A stretch of DNA of 64,000 nucleotides from Takakia lepidozioides (Eukaryota > Plantae > Bryophyta): assembly GCA_030704615.1 (NCBI GenBank), contig CM060731.1, forward strand, positions 64,480,001 to 64,544,000, read 5' to 3'. The position numbers and the translations under genes are program-made. The notes beneath the pieces are model-generated. The model did not search any database. It had not been told where the DNA came from and was given only the letters and a program-made list of their open reading frames with translations. Shown piece by piece: positions 12,087 through 25,398 of this stretch. The stretch's first letter is position 1. Each line of letters opens with the position of its first letter.

Positions 12087-12905
12087 TTATTTCCCCTTGA
12101 TTGGCACTTTCTTCTGCTTCTTATTGGGCCCAGAGCTAGGCATTGAGCCTGCCAAAATCTCAAGTCTTTTCTCAAACTCGTCGAGTGCTTGCAACTCTAA
12201 CGCTGCAGTAGCTGAAGCAGGACTTAAAACTTTCATGGGGGGAGTTTCTTCACTGTGTGTAGAAGAAGAAGATGATGGAGTGATTAGCTCTGGGATATTG
12301 TACTGGAACAATGAGTAACGAGGTTTGGGTATGTCAGCCTTCTTAGCTGCAGGTGTTGGTTGGTTCGGTTGCGATTCCTTATACTGCTCACCGGTGGATG
12401 ATGCAGATATAGAAGAGGTTGAGGATTCCATTGAGGGAGACCCGGGAGTGGCTCCAAATCGTAGTGACTTCTCATAGTGAAGCTGCTCTAATCGTATCTG
12501 CTTTCTCAATCGTTGGAAATGAGCCCGTTGGCTCTCAAGAGCTAGCAATTTTCTTATCTGGATCTTCATTTCTTCTTTGAGTAATTCTCGCAGCCTCCAA
12601 CTGTCAATCCTGGCCACTATCCTTTCATGCCTCTTCAGCAACTCTCCGAATTCGTAGTATTCATATGGATCATCGTTCCGTGAGGGCCGGACTGCTTTGA
12701 AAAAATCGTGACGATGACGAGGCCCCTCTTGCCATGGCTTCCACAGCTTGCTCATCAACATTCCAGCATAGGTGCCAGCTTCCAATTCTTTCTTGGGTAT
12801 GTAAGGAATGTCATCCTCCTCATCTTCAATCGGACCCTCCAACAACTTCTGTATACTATGTTGTGGTATTGAATTCACCTCCACATGTGCTCCCAAATCC
12901 TCCAT
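12087..12905 (-). CDS. Uncharacterised 272-aa ORF (coiled-coil plus Ser/Pro-rich, basic C-terminus), probably transposon- or virus-derived
   Basis: Long intronless ORF with protein-like composition and C-terminal KKQKKVPIKGK. The upstream frame continues with stops. No family recognised. Confidence 0.4.
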   Translation of the reverse strand: MEDLGAHVEVNSIPQHSIQKLLEGPIEDEEDDIPYIPKKELEAGTYAGMLMSKLWKPWQEGPRHRHDFFKAVRPSRNDDPYEYYEFGELLKRHERIVARIDSWRLRELLKEEMKIQIRKLLALESQRAHFQRLRKQIRLEQLHYEKSLRFGATPGSPSMESSTSSISASSTGEQYKESQPNQPTPAAKKADIPKPRYSLFQYNIPELITPSSSSSTHSEETPPMKVLSPASATAALELQALDEFEKRLEILAGSMPSSGPNKKQKKVPIKGK

Positions 12906-13109
12906 CCCTCTTCCAACAATGGTTGTATTTTCTATCTATATACTCAACTTTTTCTTGTCTAAATGTGTTGTTGTGCCATCTTGTCTGTCTAGATCTCTTG
13001 GGCCAAAAACAGCTCAATAGCATACTAGTTTCAATTATCTTGACTGGTTATGCAACAAAATTTTCCATAGTTCTGCCAAATTACACTTGCGTTTAAAAAA
13101 AAATAAAAA

Positions 13110-13285
13110 TAAAACCTAGGAGTGTCAGCCCACAATTCCGAGAGGCCCTTGAGGAGGGGAAAAAATTAACCCTCTTTCATTTATGGGCCATGAGACCTAC
13201 AGGACGAACAACGCTCGGACCGCCATGAACAATCCACACACGGACGGGGCAGGGCAGTGGGTTTGAACTCCGAACCACCTAGAAT
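13110..13285 (-). mobile_element. tRNA-derived SINE copy
   Basis: B-box-like GGAGTTCAAACCC on the minus strand (~13259-13271) and the same tail as the 11868 copy. Confidence 0.65.
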
Positions 13286-14949
13286 TTGAGTTAATTCTCT
13301 GATTATATCATGTCCTTCTAAATGTCAGCAAGATTTACTTATTGTTAGTAGTTCTTCAAAACCATGACCTAGAAAAAGCCTCCTGAAACAGGATTTGGTA
13401 GACCAACATTTGATAAGTATCATTTTTAGCTGCGTATTCCGGAGCTACTTCTATATCTTTTAAATCATATATGATCAAAATGAAAAGGGTTAAATGTATG
13501 CAAAAAAGAGTATCATCAAGACCAAGATGATAGTATGAATGAAATTTTACACAAATAAATAATCAAACAATCAAGGTGAGATGGATATTGTTATGGTAGT
13601 AGACTCTAGTAGAAAGAAATACTCTAGCCAAACATTTCTGTTTTTTTCCCCCAAGGAAACACCAGCCCCATGAGCAATTGGGCTAACTTAGTTTAGGGAA
13701 AGCTCTTATATTATAATAGACGTTTTTTCTTAAAAAAAGGACTATGATTCCAACGGATTCAAGATCACAATATGATAACAAAATGAAAAAGACAAAAAAG
13801 GGGAGAACATTGCTAGATGAAGTCCTGGTGTAAGAATATCAGGGCAACATTGCAACCGTTTCATTTATTGTATAGTATCTACATTATGAACCAGATTTAT
13901 AATAATCCATAATATATGGATTTGTAAGATCCGGTATAGATATTGGTGAAGAAATTTGGAGGTGATGAAATTGAAAATACTTTATGAGAGTTTTGAATGC
14001 TAAACTGTTTAAGAAAATAAAGGTAAGGTGAAGAAAATGAAAATTGAATAGTTACCAGGACTCAGTCTATAGAGGAAAGAGAGTGTAATTCAAATATTGA
14101 GTCATATCGTGTATTACCAACAAATAGACAAATCTGCACTTAGATAAACCGGAACCGTGGAGGCTTATATGGCAAGAAATCCTACTAATAAGAATATGAT
14201 ACAAATGAATCTGAGGCATTAAACACCAAAACATGATAATCTTGCTAAATGTAATAATTGTGCATTATCCTCAATAGAACCTCCTTGCATTGTCTCCATT
14301 GAAGAACAAGACTAATGCCAATTTGATAAGCATATGTGATTGTCGAGAAAATAAAGCTAAAATTACATAAATTTGTAGAACATAAGGATGAAATCAAAAG
14401 ACTTTTGTTATGACATTTTGTCATGGAAGTTCCAATTTCCATTGCAAAGGAAAATGTGTGACCAGGCCAAGGTAGGGGATAACTCTAAGTAAGAATAAAG
14501 AGAATGATCAAGATGTCACCAAGTAAGAAATAAATAGTTAATTAAAAATAAATAAATAAATAGCTGATATTATAATTGCTCATCAATTAAGAAAATACAA
14601 TCCGGCATGGCGATGCTAGTGGACTTACATGTAGACATGAAAAGGATGCAACATGCAACCAATAATCCACACAAGGATTTGTAATAAAATCCCTAAAATT
14701 GGTGCTGGGTAATAAATGAATTGAGTCCATGTTATAAATATCACATTTCCACCATGATGAAACTGGGCAGCCTTGAACCTAAGGGACGGTTAAAACTTGG
14801 CTTCACTAAGCAACCATTTTTTCGTAGAAATCGGATGATCGGCAAGAAAAGTTGACAAAAATGATCAAGGGCTTAGAATTTTCCGATTAGCCCTTATCTT
14901 TTTAATACCTATATGGCGAGGACCGGAGCCCCGGCAGACTGCCAGTCAA

Positions 14950-15235
14950 ATCTCCTCCCGCATCAGGAAGGTGGGGAGCGCACCACACCTCCTGTTCCCT
15001 CCTCACCTCCCCATCTTCAGGACCCTGTTCCCAAATGTTATGCCATTTTTGCTCCCCTGTTCCCGCTCACGGATCTCTACTCCCCATAGTGGGACGGGAG
15101 CAAGGAGGGGAGTAGGGATCGGGAAAATAGGGAGCAAGCGCAATTCCATAGGGCGAGGAAGGGAGTGGGAACTTGGAACAGGGGAGCGGGACTGGGAACA
15201 AGGAGGGGAGCAGGGGAGCGGAGCGGGGATCTTGG
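14950..15235. repeat. Imperfect foldback (pyrimidine-rich arm / purine-rich arm), MITE-like
   Basis: CTCCCC/TGTTCCC motifs on the left are mirrored by GGGGAG/GGGAACA motifs on the right, centred near 15085-15095. Confidence 0.5.
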
Positions 15236-15313
15236 ACTTAGAATTATTTTGGAGATGAAAAATATGTCAACCAATTGCAAATGCATTTAGTAACATTCAA
15301 TATGCTCACCACA

Positions 15314-15382
15314 ATTAAGGGGCCTGATTTGTGAGCAGTCGCTCCAAGGTGTTTCCCTTTCTTACTAAAAAAAAAAAAAAAA
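15314..15382 (+). mobile_element. SINE 3' fragment with poly(A)
   Basis: ATTAAGGGGCCTGATTTGTGAGCAGTCGCTCCAAGGTGTTTCCCTT followed by an A-run; reverse complement of 11868-11912. Confidence 0.65.
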
Positions 15383-15650
15383 CCTCTCTCTACCACAGAT
15401 CAAACCTCACACCTTATTAATACGATGCATCACATTCGGCCATCAAAGTACCAACCAATACTTATCAATTCTTTGATCCCTTAATGCTTTAATCTACAAT
15501 ACAAACCGGCAAGTGTAAGTGGAGCAGGGAGAGTGGGGATTTTACAACGTGCCCTGCCGGAAGTTCGCCAGTACGGACATCCCCGGCAACCGTACCGGCA
15601 AGGCTCCCAAGCTTATATTCAACTCGTTGGGGAAGCGTAGTCTTCTCCTA

Positions 15651-16301
15651 TCAATATATGAAACAAGGTAGTTTGTTTGTCTTGTTGTGTAGCGTTGAGA
15701 TGTCCCAAACCGGGGCCAACCTTGCTTGGTATTGTTGGAAAGCCCTCCATGAGGAGGGGCGCACCAGCTTGGTCTCATGATTTTTGGACGTGAGGTGTGG
15801 GAGATGTCGCATTTCAAGTACTTTTGGTCGTTGGAAATCTGTGAAAACAACAAAGTGGGCTTTCTTGCAACAATGATTGGATTTACCAATATATGAAGCC
15901 TCCACAGAAGATATATCAATATATGACGCTTCGATACGAGACGCACTTGTACATAGGAAATTCCACTTGGAGTCCGCCTCTTGGACTTAGAAGACATTGG
16001 ACATTTGGGCCAACAACCGACCCACTTGATTTCACAAAATTTGGACCTACGTGCCGAGAATTATAGAAATATGAACAATTTTGGTCCCTGAAAATTCAAC
16101 TAAATTATAAAATTAAGTGTTGGATTGACATTGGAGGTCGCACTTGGGCCTCTACATGGAGAAGCACTTGAATGCATAGGAGATTGCGTTCAGTGGGCTT
16201 AGATGGGCCTTATTAGGAGATGCATTTGGACACCTAGGAAATTGCACTTGGTCTTAGATTTCAATTCTTCACACATGGGCCAACGGCACAGGCTATCCTA
16301 G
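15651..16301 (+). mobile_element. Non-autonomous Helitron-like element
   Basis: Starts TC after an A (15650) and ends CTAG before a T (16302). A short subterminal GGCC...GGCT hairpin lies just before the end. No TSD. Confidence 0.65.
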
Positions 16302-16314
16302 TATATATTGAAGG

Positions 16315-16480
16315 AAACCTGGGAGCTACTGCTCACAATTCAGGCCCTTGAGAGGGAGAAAAACTAACCCCCTTTCAGATAAGCCATTCGGGGAAATGTC
16401 ACCCCCACACCAACCGGTCACGAAACAAATCATACCCACAGGACAAAGTAGCAGGATTTGAACCTACCCCGAACTCCGCT
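16315..16480 (-). mobile_element. tRNA-derived SINE copy
   Basis: B box GGTTCAAATCC on the minus strand (~16454-16464) and the same tail family as 11868 and 13110. Confidence 0.65.
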
Positions 16481-17322
16481 AGTCCTTAGGGCCTTCTTAA
16501 GAGAGTTATATTATATGAAGGGGGATTAAAAATGTGTTGAAATAATTTTTTTTGCATGGACATCGGAGTGCATTTTCTATTCACACAATTGGATGGATAT
16601 GGCATCTATTCTCTCAGGATGGAATAGAAAGAATCTCTTGAGGTTTTGTCATGGATGTGGTGAGCTAGCTTGCAGGGACCCACAAGGAGGGTGGTCAAAG
16701 GAATGGGAACAGAAGAGCGATACGTGATGGCTCAAGATTACATGGGATGACGGGGATGGAGGTGTAGTGTAGGAGAATTACAGTGAGAGATCATCCTGTG
16801 GCACTTTCCAGTGTGATTTACGTGCATTGGAATAGGGTGATGGCTTTGCAACCTCACTCCAGGATGTGTGAGAGGAGGAAGGCAGCAGTGTGTGTGGAGT
16901 CAGGGCTGTATTGGGTGTCTGACAAGGAGGCGGATTTCTAAACCTGACATGTTCAATATGTGGTAGGTAGTAGTGTTCTCAGAGGCAGCACTTTTAGGTC
17001 GTGAGATTAGGGCTGTTGGGGCGGTCTAGGAGAGGGATTCTGAAGCTCAGTATTTGTGTGAATTGGGTCAGGGTTTTTTTTTGAAGAATATTGTTTGAAG
17101 GGAGGTCTTTGGCAAAGAGGATTGAGTCCACCGCATGGGCTGCGGCTCTTCTACTTTCAAGCGTTGCTATCTTTTTATGGGTCCTGTACTGGTAGTGTTC
17201 TACCACTCAGAGTGAAGATGGATGGGGGATAGGTGTCGTTTTCTTCCCTTTGGGCCTCCATCTTCTTCTACTTGTACTTTCTGTAGCTCCTCGATGTTGA
17301 TGTTATAGACACAGACTGGAAA

Positions 17323-20300
17323 ATGGGTCTTCTTCGTGCAATTGCTGCTAGTTTTCTTACGTTTTGGTCATTAGCCAGCTCTGTCGGTGCTCAGTCTTGT
17401 ACAGCAAGCACAGAGAATCCTCAATCTTGTTCGTGGGAGAAGGAGATGAATAGCAAGAGGTACAGTTTTGATCTTGGTGCCTCCATGAAAGGGTTCCCCC
17501 ATGGACTCAGGAGCGAAGATGGGTATGAACTCTCCGTCACCATCAATTCCGCTGGCAATAAAGGAAAATGCAGTGGTTTGTAGACATGTACATCAATATT
17601 TCAAAAATTGTGCATCCTCTGTCTAAGTTGGAAGTAAACCTGGTTAACTCGCGAAGAGGGTAATTGGTACGCAGACGATACAGTAAGGGTTTTGTCTTTA
17701 GGGCTTTGAGGGAAAACGTATAACGAGTTGTGTGCACGAGTGAAACGGCCAGTCAGCAGATAGGCGGATTTTTATGGTCGCTCTGCAGTTGGCGAACTTC
17801 AATTGGCTTCAATATTGTTTAAATTTTTCTTTTCTGCTGTCTTCATTAATAAAGATGATTCACAGCGTCAACAAAACTTCTTCAGCCCTTCCTGTGGATG
17901 AGTCTTTCACCTCATATGTCATTGCTTTGATCTCTCTCTATGAAGTCTCATCTATTATCAAGGATGGCTTTGGTGCACATCTTCTCCTTCCATTTGCAGG
18001 ATGGTGGCATTCCACAATCTGGAGCCCACAGGTAGAGGCCCTCTCAAGGTTTGTTGTGGGTCCATTAGGTCAACGAATCATTCCTCAAGCAGCCCTGATA
18101 CCAAACTATGACATCTCTGTGCTAGTCCAGAGTAGGATTTCAATCAGTACACTTTGGGGTTGGGAAATGGCGGTTGGTCTGAACCTTTGTGTCTGACTTT
18201 GGGTTGATCTATGTGGAAGGTTTTACAAGGTATCTCAAATGGATGCAGACAGTGGATCAGAGACCACTTACTGGTTTCAGGTGTGCTCTGGTTTATTTAC
18301 TATCTATGTTCAGGCTTCAATAGGATTCTACCACAAAGGCACATCCTGCCGAGATTGCAGTTATGATGCATGCTCTCCTTGTAATGATTGGTATGCTCGT
18401 TGTTACCTAGCTCTGCATTTCCACCAAAATGTTGAGACCTTAGCATCCAGAATTTTGTGGATTGTTTTTTTAGTTATTAGACGTAGGATGTTTTTGATTG
18501 TAGAAGCCTGAGGTTGGCTGGTCCTTGAAAGACACTTGTGTACTGACTTTGTTTGTCTTTCAGCTTTGTGAGCACATGAAATTCAATCATGATTCACCAC
18601 TGTGCGATGATTGTGAGGTAAGAGGACAGACCTAACAAGCAGAAATTAGCATGCTAGACTGTCCAAGTGCGCACATTGTCATCACTGTTCATGTTTGCCT
18701 TACTCATCCCACCATTGGATCCGTTAAAATGGCACACTAGACCTCCAGATTTGTCTATGTATCTATGTCTATAGTATGTGAGGAGCCATAGTGATGTGAG
18801 CCCATGCAGGCATGTGGTGGGCCGGAGCATTGTGGTGAGACTTGCAGTGCGCTGCAAGCTGTCAAATTTCCAGGTATGCACTGGATTTGGGTCTAGTGTG
18901 CTCCCTCTTTTAAAGGTGTTTCTGAACATCTTTTTGAGAGAAAAGTCTCAACACTCTGGTTGTAGTTAGACACATTCCATTATCTCATCGTGTTTTTGTG
19001 TAGTTTGCATGAAGTATGATTTTGGCCTGGAAGCATGATCTTTCTAGCCAACTCCAGGTGAAAAGACGTTATATTCCCAAACAAGAGCTATCAACTCTGT
19101 AACACTTTTGGTCGAGTTAGGCGAGTCTTGAAGTTGTCGGTATTTCTGGGGAGCAGCAAAACAGACACAAAGTTCCTCATGCTCACTCACAAATGGATTA
19201 CGGTCAATGACGTTCTGATGGTTGTTGGCTCTTTTAGGATATTCTGTCTGCGCTACGCTTGGGTATCCTGGCAGTACTTCTTATTCTTTCATAGGTATGA
19301 CTATGTTTTTTGCTTGATTGTTTTTGCAAGCACTTTATTAAAATCGTATATGTCTTGCATGCCTAGGAGTTAATGGAGAAAGATCCATAGAAGGCCCGTG
19401 TTGATTAGTTCCACCTGATATATTGAATTTGATTAGGAATGTCATTTATTGGAAGTTGTGTACTTAGTGTGTTGTATATTCCCTGAAGCTTAGAAGAGAG
19501 GACTTTGCACCACTGCCTTTTGTTTCTGGGAAATCACCTAGTTAAAAATTCTGCAGGTTCTTGTTGACCTGATACTCTATCTGTGACCCTGTACCAGAGG
19601 GAAGTATGGACGTTCTGTAGCTTGCTAGGACTTCTCATATGAAAATGGCCCACGGTGCTCCTTTTACAGCCGAGTAGATATTTTAATGTTGATCACTCGC
19701 CTAGTTGCAAGCAGCTTTGGTGACTGAAGGTTTGGGTCAATGTCAATGAGAAAGTAAATATTCGATAAATGATGACCAACTGTTTTGGAGTAATGTCTCT
19801 TTGCAGACCCAGAGAAGCCTGAGCAGGGCTTGCTTGTGAATATGTCATCGTGCAATCAGAAGTCAAACTGCTCACTTGCCATCAGGGTCTTTTGCGACCG
19901 CAAAGGAGAAGAGGTGTGTTTCTTGACTGTGCAAGAAAGATTAGAAGTAGGTGTCCCAAGTTGCATGTCATCCAGAAAGAAAGTCACTCAGCCTGTATTT
20001 GACACTGGGTAACATCTGGTCTGCAGTTGCCAACTTCAGTGGCAAAGGAGCCTTATGGAAGTTGTGATTTTGTAAGCATCTCCACCTCTCCTTGCATAAG
20101 CAGGCGTATTTCTAATGGTAGATATTGTTGTTTGCTTGTGGAAAGCTCATCATTGAAGCTGTGAGCATTGCTTTGGTAGATTCCGTTGCAGCAGACAGTA
20201 ATTCAGGTGCTGTACAGAGATCATTGCAATTGTGGAAGGGACAGTCATGTGTGCATTATGCGGGTTAGCAGATATGGACTTGTATAGTTTCACATTTTCA

Positions 20301-21345
20301 AAGAAACCAGTGTGCCGTCATGGTATTTGACATGCATGTGGATGGCAGACCTCAAGTTTGAAGCACCCAGCAGGCTGCCCAGTAGTGACTTCGATTAAGA
20401 GTGGGGGAATGGGCTGGTTTGGTACGCTAATCATCATGTAAGTGGTCCTTTTCTACTCAATGAGTTCAATACCCGCTTGAGCGCTGATGTGCATCCTTCA
20501 ACATGGTGAACTCTCTATCTCCGGCATCAGGTCTGTTACACACACCTCAGTTTTGGCAACTCCACGCTTGTGCGGGATGACTCAGTAATATCAGCCTATA
20601 CCTGTTTCCCTGGGACATGCCAGACTAGAATTATCTCAATAACGTAGACTATGGAAATTAATAAATCCTTCAGCCCCAAGTTGTTTTCCCTCGGTGGAGT
20701 CCATATAGAGATGGGCAACCCACACCTTAGGGATTTTCGGCCCTGTTTCTACCTTTCGCAGAAGACCTTGTTGTTAGGCGAAGTATGCTTGCATTTTCAT
20801 ATTTACTAGGAGTTGTATTCTGTTTGCAGACTGGCTTCTAGCCTACACACAAGACCCTGCTGTCAGGCTAGGTAGCAGGTTCTTGTGACCTTCTGATAAA
20901 AGCTGTGGAGGTTTGCACTTTTTGGCAAAGTGCATTTGTGCATGTAGTCTTGCTGGGGCCAGTGAACATCAAAGCTATGGCTCCGCCGCTTTCTGCCCAC
21001 TCACATGAATTTCACAGTACATAGTTCTGATTTTCAGGATGTGTCTGACATGCGAGATACTGCAGGTTGGTGTGTGGCTTTACTGTGTACCTGGCAGTGG
21101 GTATTGCATACCGCGTCACTGTACTTGGCGTGAGTGGGTTGGAGGTATTTCTCTCATGTGTATTTTCATCATTCGAACCTTGTCTCATGGGACAAATGCA
21201 TGTGATTTATATTCCAAGGGTGAAATGTAGGCAAGAGCAGGTTGTTTCTTTCAATGAGTTAATATTGCTCAATCAAACTGGTCCTCTGACTTCGCAGGCG
21301 ATACCTAATTTGGACTTTTGGCGAGCTCTGCCATCAAACCTTAAG
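17323..21345 (+). CDS. Type I membrane protein with Cys-rich mannose-6-phosphate-receptor-homology (MRH)/ATG27-like lumenal domain; multi-exon, last exon(s) not located
   Basis: GT-AG exons at about 17323-17522 (signal peptide), 18220-18280 (FYKV..YWFQ), 18564-18617 (LCEHMKFNHD), 18810-18873 (CGGPEHCG), 19238-19294, 19807-19913 (NCSLAIRVFCD), 20027-20071, 20349-20437 (HPAGCP..GMGWFG), 21067-21144 (TM, VYLAVGIAYR) and 21298-21345 (IPNLDFW). Confidence 0.8.
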
Positions 21346-23010
21346 GTAATGTCGTTGTGACCAGATACTTTTCATGGTTGTGAGATTACTGTCCTTCATC
21401 AATACTAGACTCTTAACACTGTTTGGTTTTGAGTCATGCTTTGCGCCAAGGGATTTTAGGAGCCTTGAATATATGCTGAGAGTCATGGCTCAGCACTGGT
21501 GGCCTCTGCCTGCCTGCACTACAGCGCTGGCTTATATTTTTCCTGAAGAAGAGAGTGGCGAGTCAGAAGTCTAGTCGTCTCTAAATTTTCCCAGTTACGC
21601 CACTATCACTGTTTACTGGGAGGTGAGTATCAAAGGGACAAAAGAACTAGTTTGTGCATGCAATTTACTACTACAATAGTAACATCTTGATGGGTTGTTG
21701 TGGGGTGTGGGAAAATTGGATGCGTGTCAGTGGGTACTTGAATTCATGGTTGGGAAATGCTTGAGCTGTTACCACCGGCTCACAGACTCATCGTATGTGA
21801 GAGCCAGTGAATAATGAAGTGCCCTTTTTCTCCCTTTCCTGTTTTGTAGTGTTGGAGTGTTCTTGCTACAGTCCCATTGGCTGTAGTCTTGTTTAGGAGT
21901 TGCAACTTCTATCATAGAGAAGTTTCAGGTGCCAGAGTGTCAGCTACAGTTTGTTGTAATCAAGCCTATGATCATGCATCATTATTTCGGGTAAATTGTT
22001 GGAGCTGACAACATGAGACCGGCAGGGGTTTCTATTTGGACTGTGTTCAATGGACAGTTTCAAGTTGGATTCTAGGTCTGGCAGTCTCTCTTTGATAACG
22101 TGCACTTGATGGAAAGATTTCAACACGGATTTTCCTCCCCTTCTGAGTTCGTCATTTTTAACATCAAAGACAATGTGTCTATTGAGAGGACAATGTGGGT
22201 ATTAATATGTTATCATTACCACCTATGCTCATTGAAGGTATGCCCATCAGGGGTTTAATGTTTGTGAGCAAATGAAAGACATCTTTGTGGAGACCAAAGA
22301 ATTTTTTTTCAGTGTTAGTGACTTAACCCATCAAAGGCATATATGACTCAAGGGAAAGAAGTACCTATTAGGCATCCTGTCTCCATTTCCTTGTCAAGCA
22401 TGCAGGTGACAACATTTAAGAGGTCACATTGTCAAGGAGAAGGGGAGGGAGAATGAGTCCGATTTCCTTGGTTGCTAGGATAGAAAGGAGTGAACATGTG
22501 AGTATCTTGCCACCAATGGGAATGAAATCCTGCAAGTTGTGATAGGAAGGAGATCATCACTCCAGAAAACCTATGTACCTTTGAGTTGTTGATGGACTGA
22601 AAAGTTAATCTAGACTTTTTTAACACATGGACTCTCCACTTCATATCTACTAGATTGTAAACAACCCTCATATTGCAACATGTTGTGTAAAAATGAACCT
22701 CTGAAATTAAGCTTCATAATGAAAACAGTTTGTTGTTCCTGAATGTCACTATATTTGTCACCATTTCACTTGCCTAGGTCTGCAATTATAGAGTCTAATA
22801 TCTGGGCTATGACCAGGTCCAATTTTCTCGGCAAATATACACCAATTGCACAACTAAATGGCTTTGACTGGCAAAGTTATCAGGCCTCCTCTACTAAGAA
22901 TCTCTGTTTTAGAATCACTTAATTCCAGGAGGTGTGAAGTGCTTACAAGAAAGAAGATGGAAAATGCACTCCAGGCAATTCCAACTCTGTGTTGTACAGA
23001 ACTGGTACTT

Positions 23011-25398
23011 TCACTCACTTAGTTTGCTGGCCTTCCACTGGTCCAACTTTAGAAGCAAAACAGATGTGTGCTGTTGGATGTCTAGATCAGATGTTGATGC
23101 TGCCAATGTATGCATGACTGGATGTGCCTCCACCTCGTACAATGCCTCCACTGCTGCATCTGCCACATTATCCAGCATTCATTCTGTGTCCATTACAAAC
23201 ACCCAATCCTGCGAGTACATTTTTCAAGTTATACAGGGTTTTGGAACCTGTCCCTCTCTCTCTAATATTCATTTTTGCTTGCTCCTATTAGGTGCTAGGC
23301 ACAAAGCTAACGTACGGAAAGTCAAATAAGTACAGTCTCTCCAATTTGATATCACCAGTGCTACTGACCACAATTGGAGAGAGATACAAGAGCTTTGACA
23401 GCTTCTCGGCGGGTCTCATCATCAGAAGCAGTTTGCAGCATTCCCATAAGGGCTGTCACCCCTCCTGCATCCACTATCTTTTTCCGCCTTGCATCTGCAA
23501 TTTGGGCAATGGCAGTCACATTCTGACATTATTCTTTATAACTGGGAGAAGGCGTAGTGCAGTACAGGTTTCACAAATCTGAGTTTGGAACATGGAGAAG
23601 GAAAGAAGTAAAGGATTGAGGAACCAAACAACCCACCATCTGTGGCAATCCAAGACAAGCGAGAAGCACCAGTTCGCTTGAACAAGGGGTCCCTTACTTT
23701 CACCAGTGCCACTGAATGCCGCACCATTCCGTCCCCTGCATCTTGAAACATGAGACTGTTATGCCTGATTTGTTGAATACACTCAACAGGTGCAAACACT
23801 CCTGCAAAAGACTCCATCAGTGCCATGCCCTGCCATTTGTGTATAAAAACAGCAGAGCGACTTTTCTTCCTGTAGCCATGTGGCTGTAAACCACACCTGA
23901 ATCGTGGGGAAAACAGAGAACAAGAGAGAGAGTGTGCATAGCTATTCCTTGTAGAACAGTGGTGCACCAAAGGCCTACATGTGACGCCTCCTTACGTGCA
24001 ACCATATATATGACATTGAAGATAGCAGAGTTCCCCAATACATACCCATTATGGGACCTACATTCATTGCGATGTAAGCGAGCATCACAGCTGACAGTGC
24101 TTTTATAACCCAGCCTCCTCCTCTCTCCTTTGCCTCTGGCTCCTCAAGTGACATCTGACCTACTGCAATATCAAAATGCAACCCAGTAAATATATTGGGG
24201 ATGAGCAAGCAGATACAGTATCTTGACAGATTCAACAATCGCAGAATTTACAGGGTAAGTCCAGATCCCCAGTACTGTCAGGAGAAAGTCTTCCAGCGGG
24301 GCTCTCCACAACAAGGTTTCTGACTTGCTATCGTGTCCAATGCAAAAGTAGTTGAGGAGGTATGCTGCATCACATTGTCAGACTGAACCATGAGAGAGAA
24401 TAAGCTAGACTAGAAAGCATTACAAAGGAGTCCCAAGTTGTTTGCACATATATCGTTGTCATTGAGTTGCAGGAGTGGGGAAAATATTGTTCGCTAACAT
24501 GCATTCTGAAGCTTATGAGGGAAATGTTGAGCCAGGCTGGATGCTGCTGTCTTAATGCGCACACCAACAGTGTCCACCATGTGTTGGGTGGGAAGTCATA
24601 TTGGCTCTCTCCCTCTTGCACACACCCAAACATTTAGTGGCCTTTGGTTGTGTACCATTTCCTATGATACACCTTGTGCAACCCAGACTTATGGATCAGG
24701 GTTGCATGGTCCACCCATGATTTTGACCATCCCAGCCACCAGGTTGTGAGATTCAGCCTGTATCCCACACGAAGCCAGTGATGTTCCACATCCAGTCATA
24801 CTAGGAAGGATGAGGTTAAAGCCAGCAATATCACTGCAGCCCTCCACTGTGACAGTGGCTGTGAATGCCAATCACAGTATACTGATAAAAACTCCTAATG
24901 TAGCCCTCTGGTGGGCACAGATGTGGATATGACCAGAGGGCGAATACGGGAGGAAAAAGAGAGGGGGGAGGTGAGAGAGAAGAGAAAGCGTAAAGATGAC
25001 GTATACCATCTCTCGTCGTTGACGATGAACTTGAAAATGCTCTGAATTGTCCTTGCCCCATGCCCTGGCTTCCACCTGGGTACACCTGCAGGCCATATTA
25101 CCCACTCTATGACCGTGCTTTGTGTTTCAGCATATGCCCGTGCCTCTGCAGCACCTTAATCCATAAACCGCTCATTTTCCTCACAAACTACAATATTACG
25201 ATCCTGCAGCGAATTGAACTTGCAAATGTTGGATTTTGAATTGTTGTCTCCGGATGCGCCTACTCTAAAGACAACAACAGGGAATGAACAAACTGAAATG
25301 ACAAAAAAAGAACACGAAAACATCAGTGTTTTACGTACTAGGGGGCGAGATAGCAGGCGTGACTGGAGAAGAGCCAGGGTTATCCGCCTGCCTACCAT
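23011..25398 (-). CDS. Small ARM-repeat protein with N-terminal targeting-like peptide and one TM segment; multi-exon
   Basis: Exon pieces MVGRRITLALLQSRLLSR (25398), GGWVIKALSAVMLAYIAMNVGP (~24050-24160), VKVRDPLFKRTGASRL (~23640-23740), KIVDAGGVTALMGMLQ..TRREAVKALVSLS (~23370-23495) and DAAVEALYE...KLSE* (stop at 23011). Confidence 0.75.
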
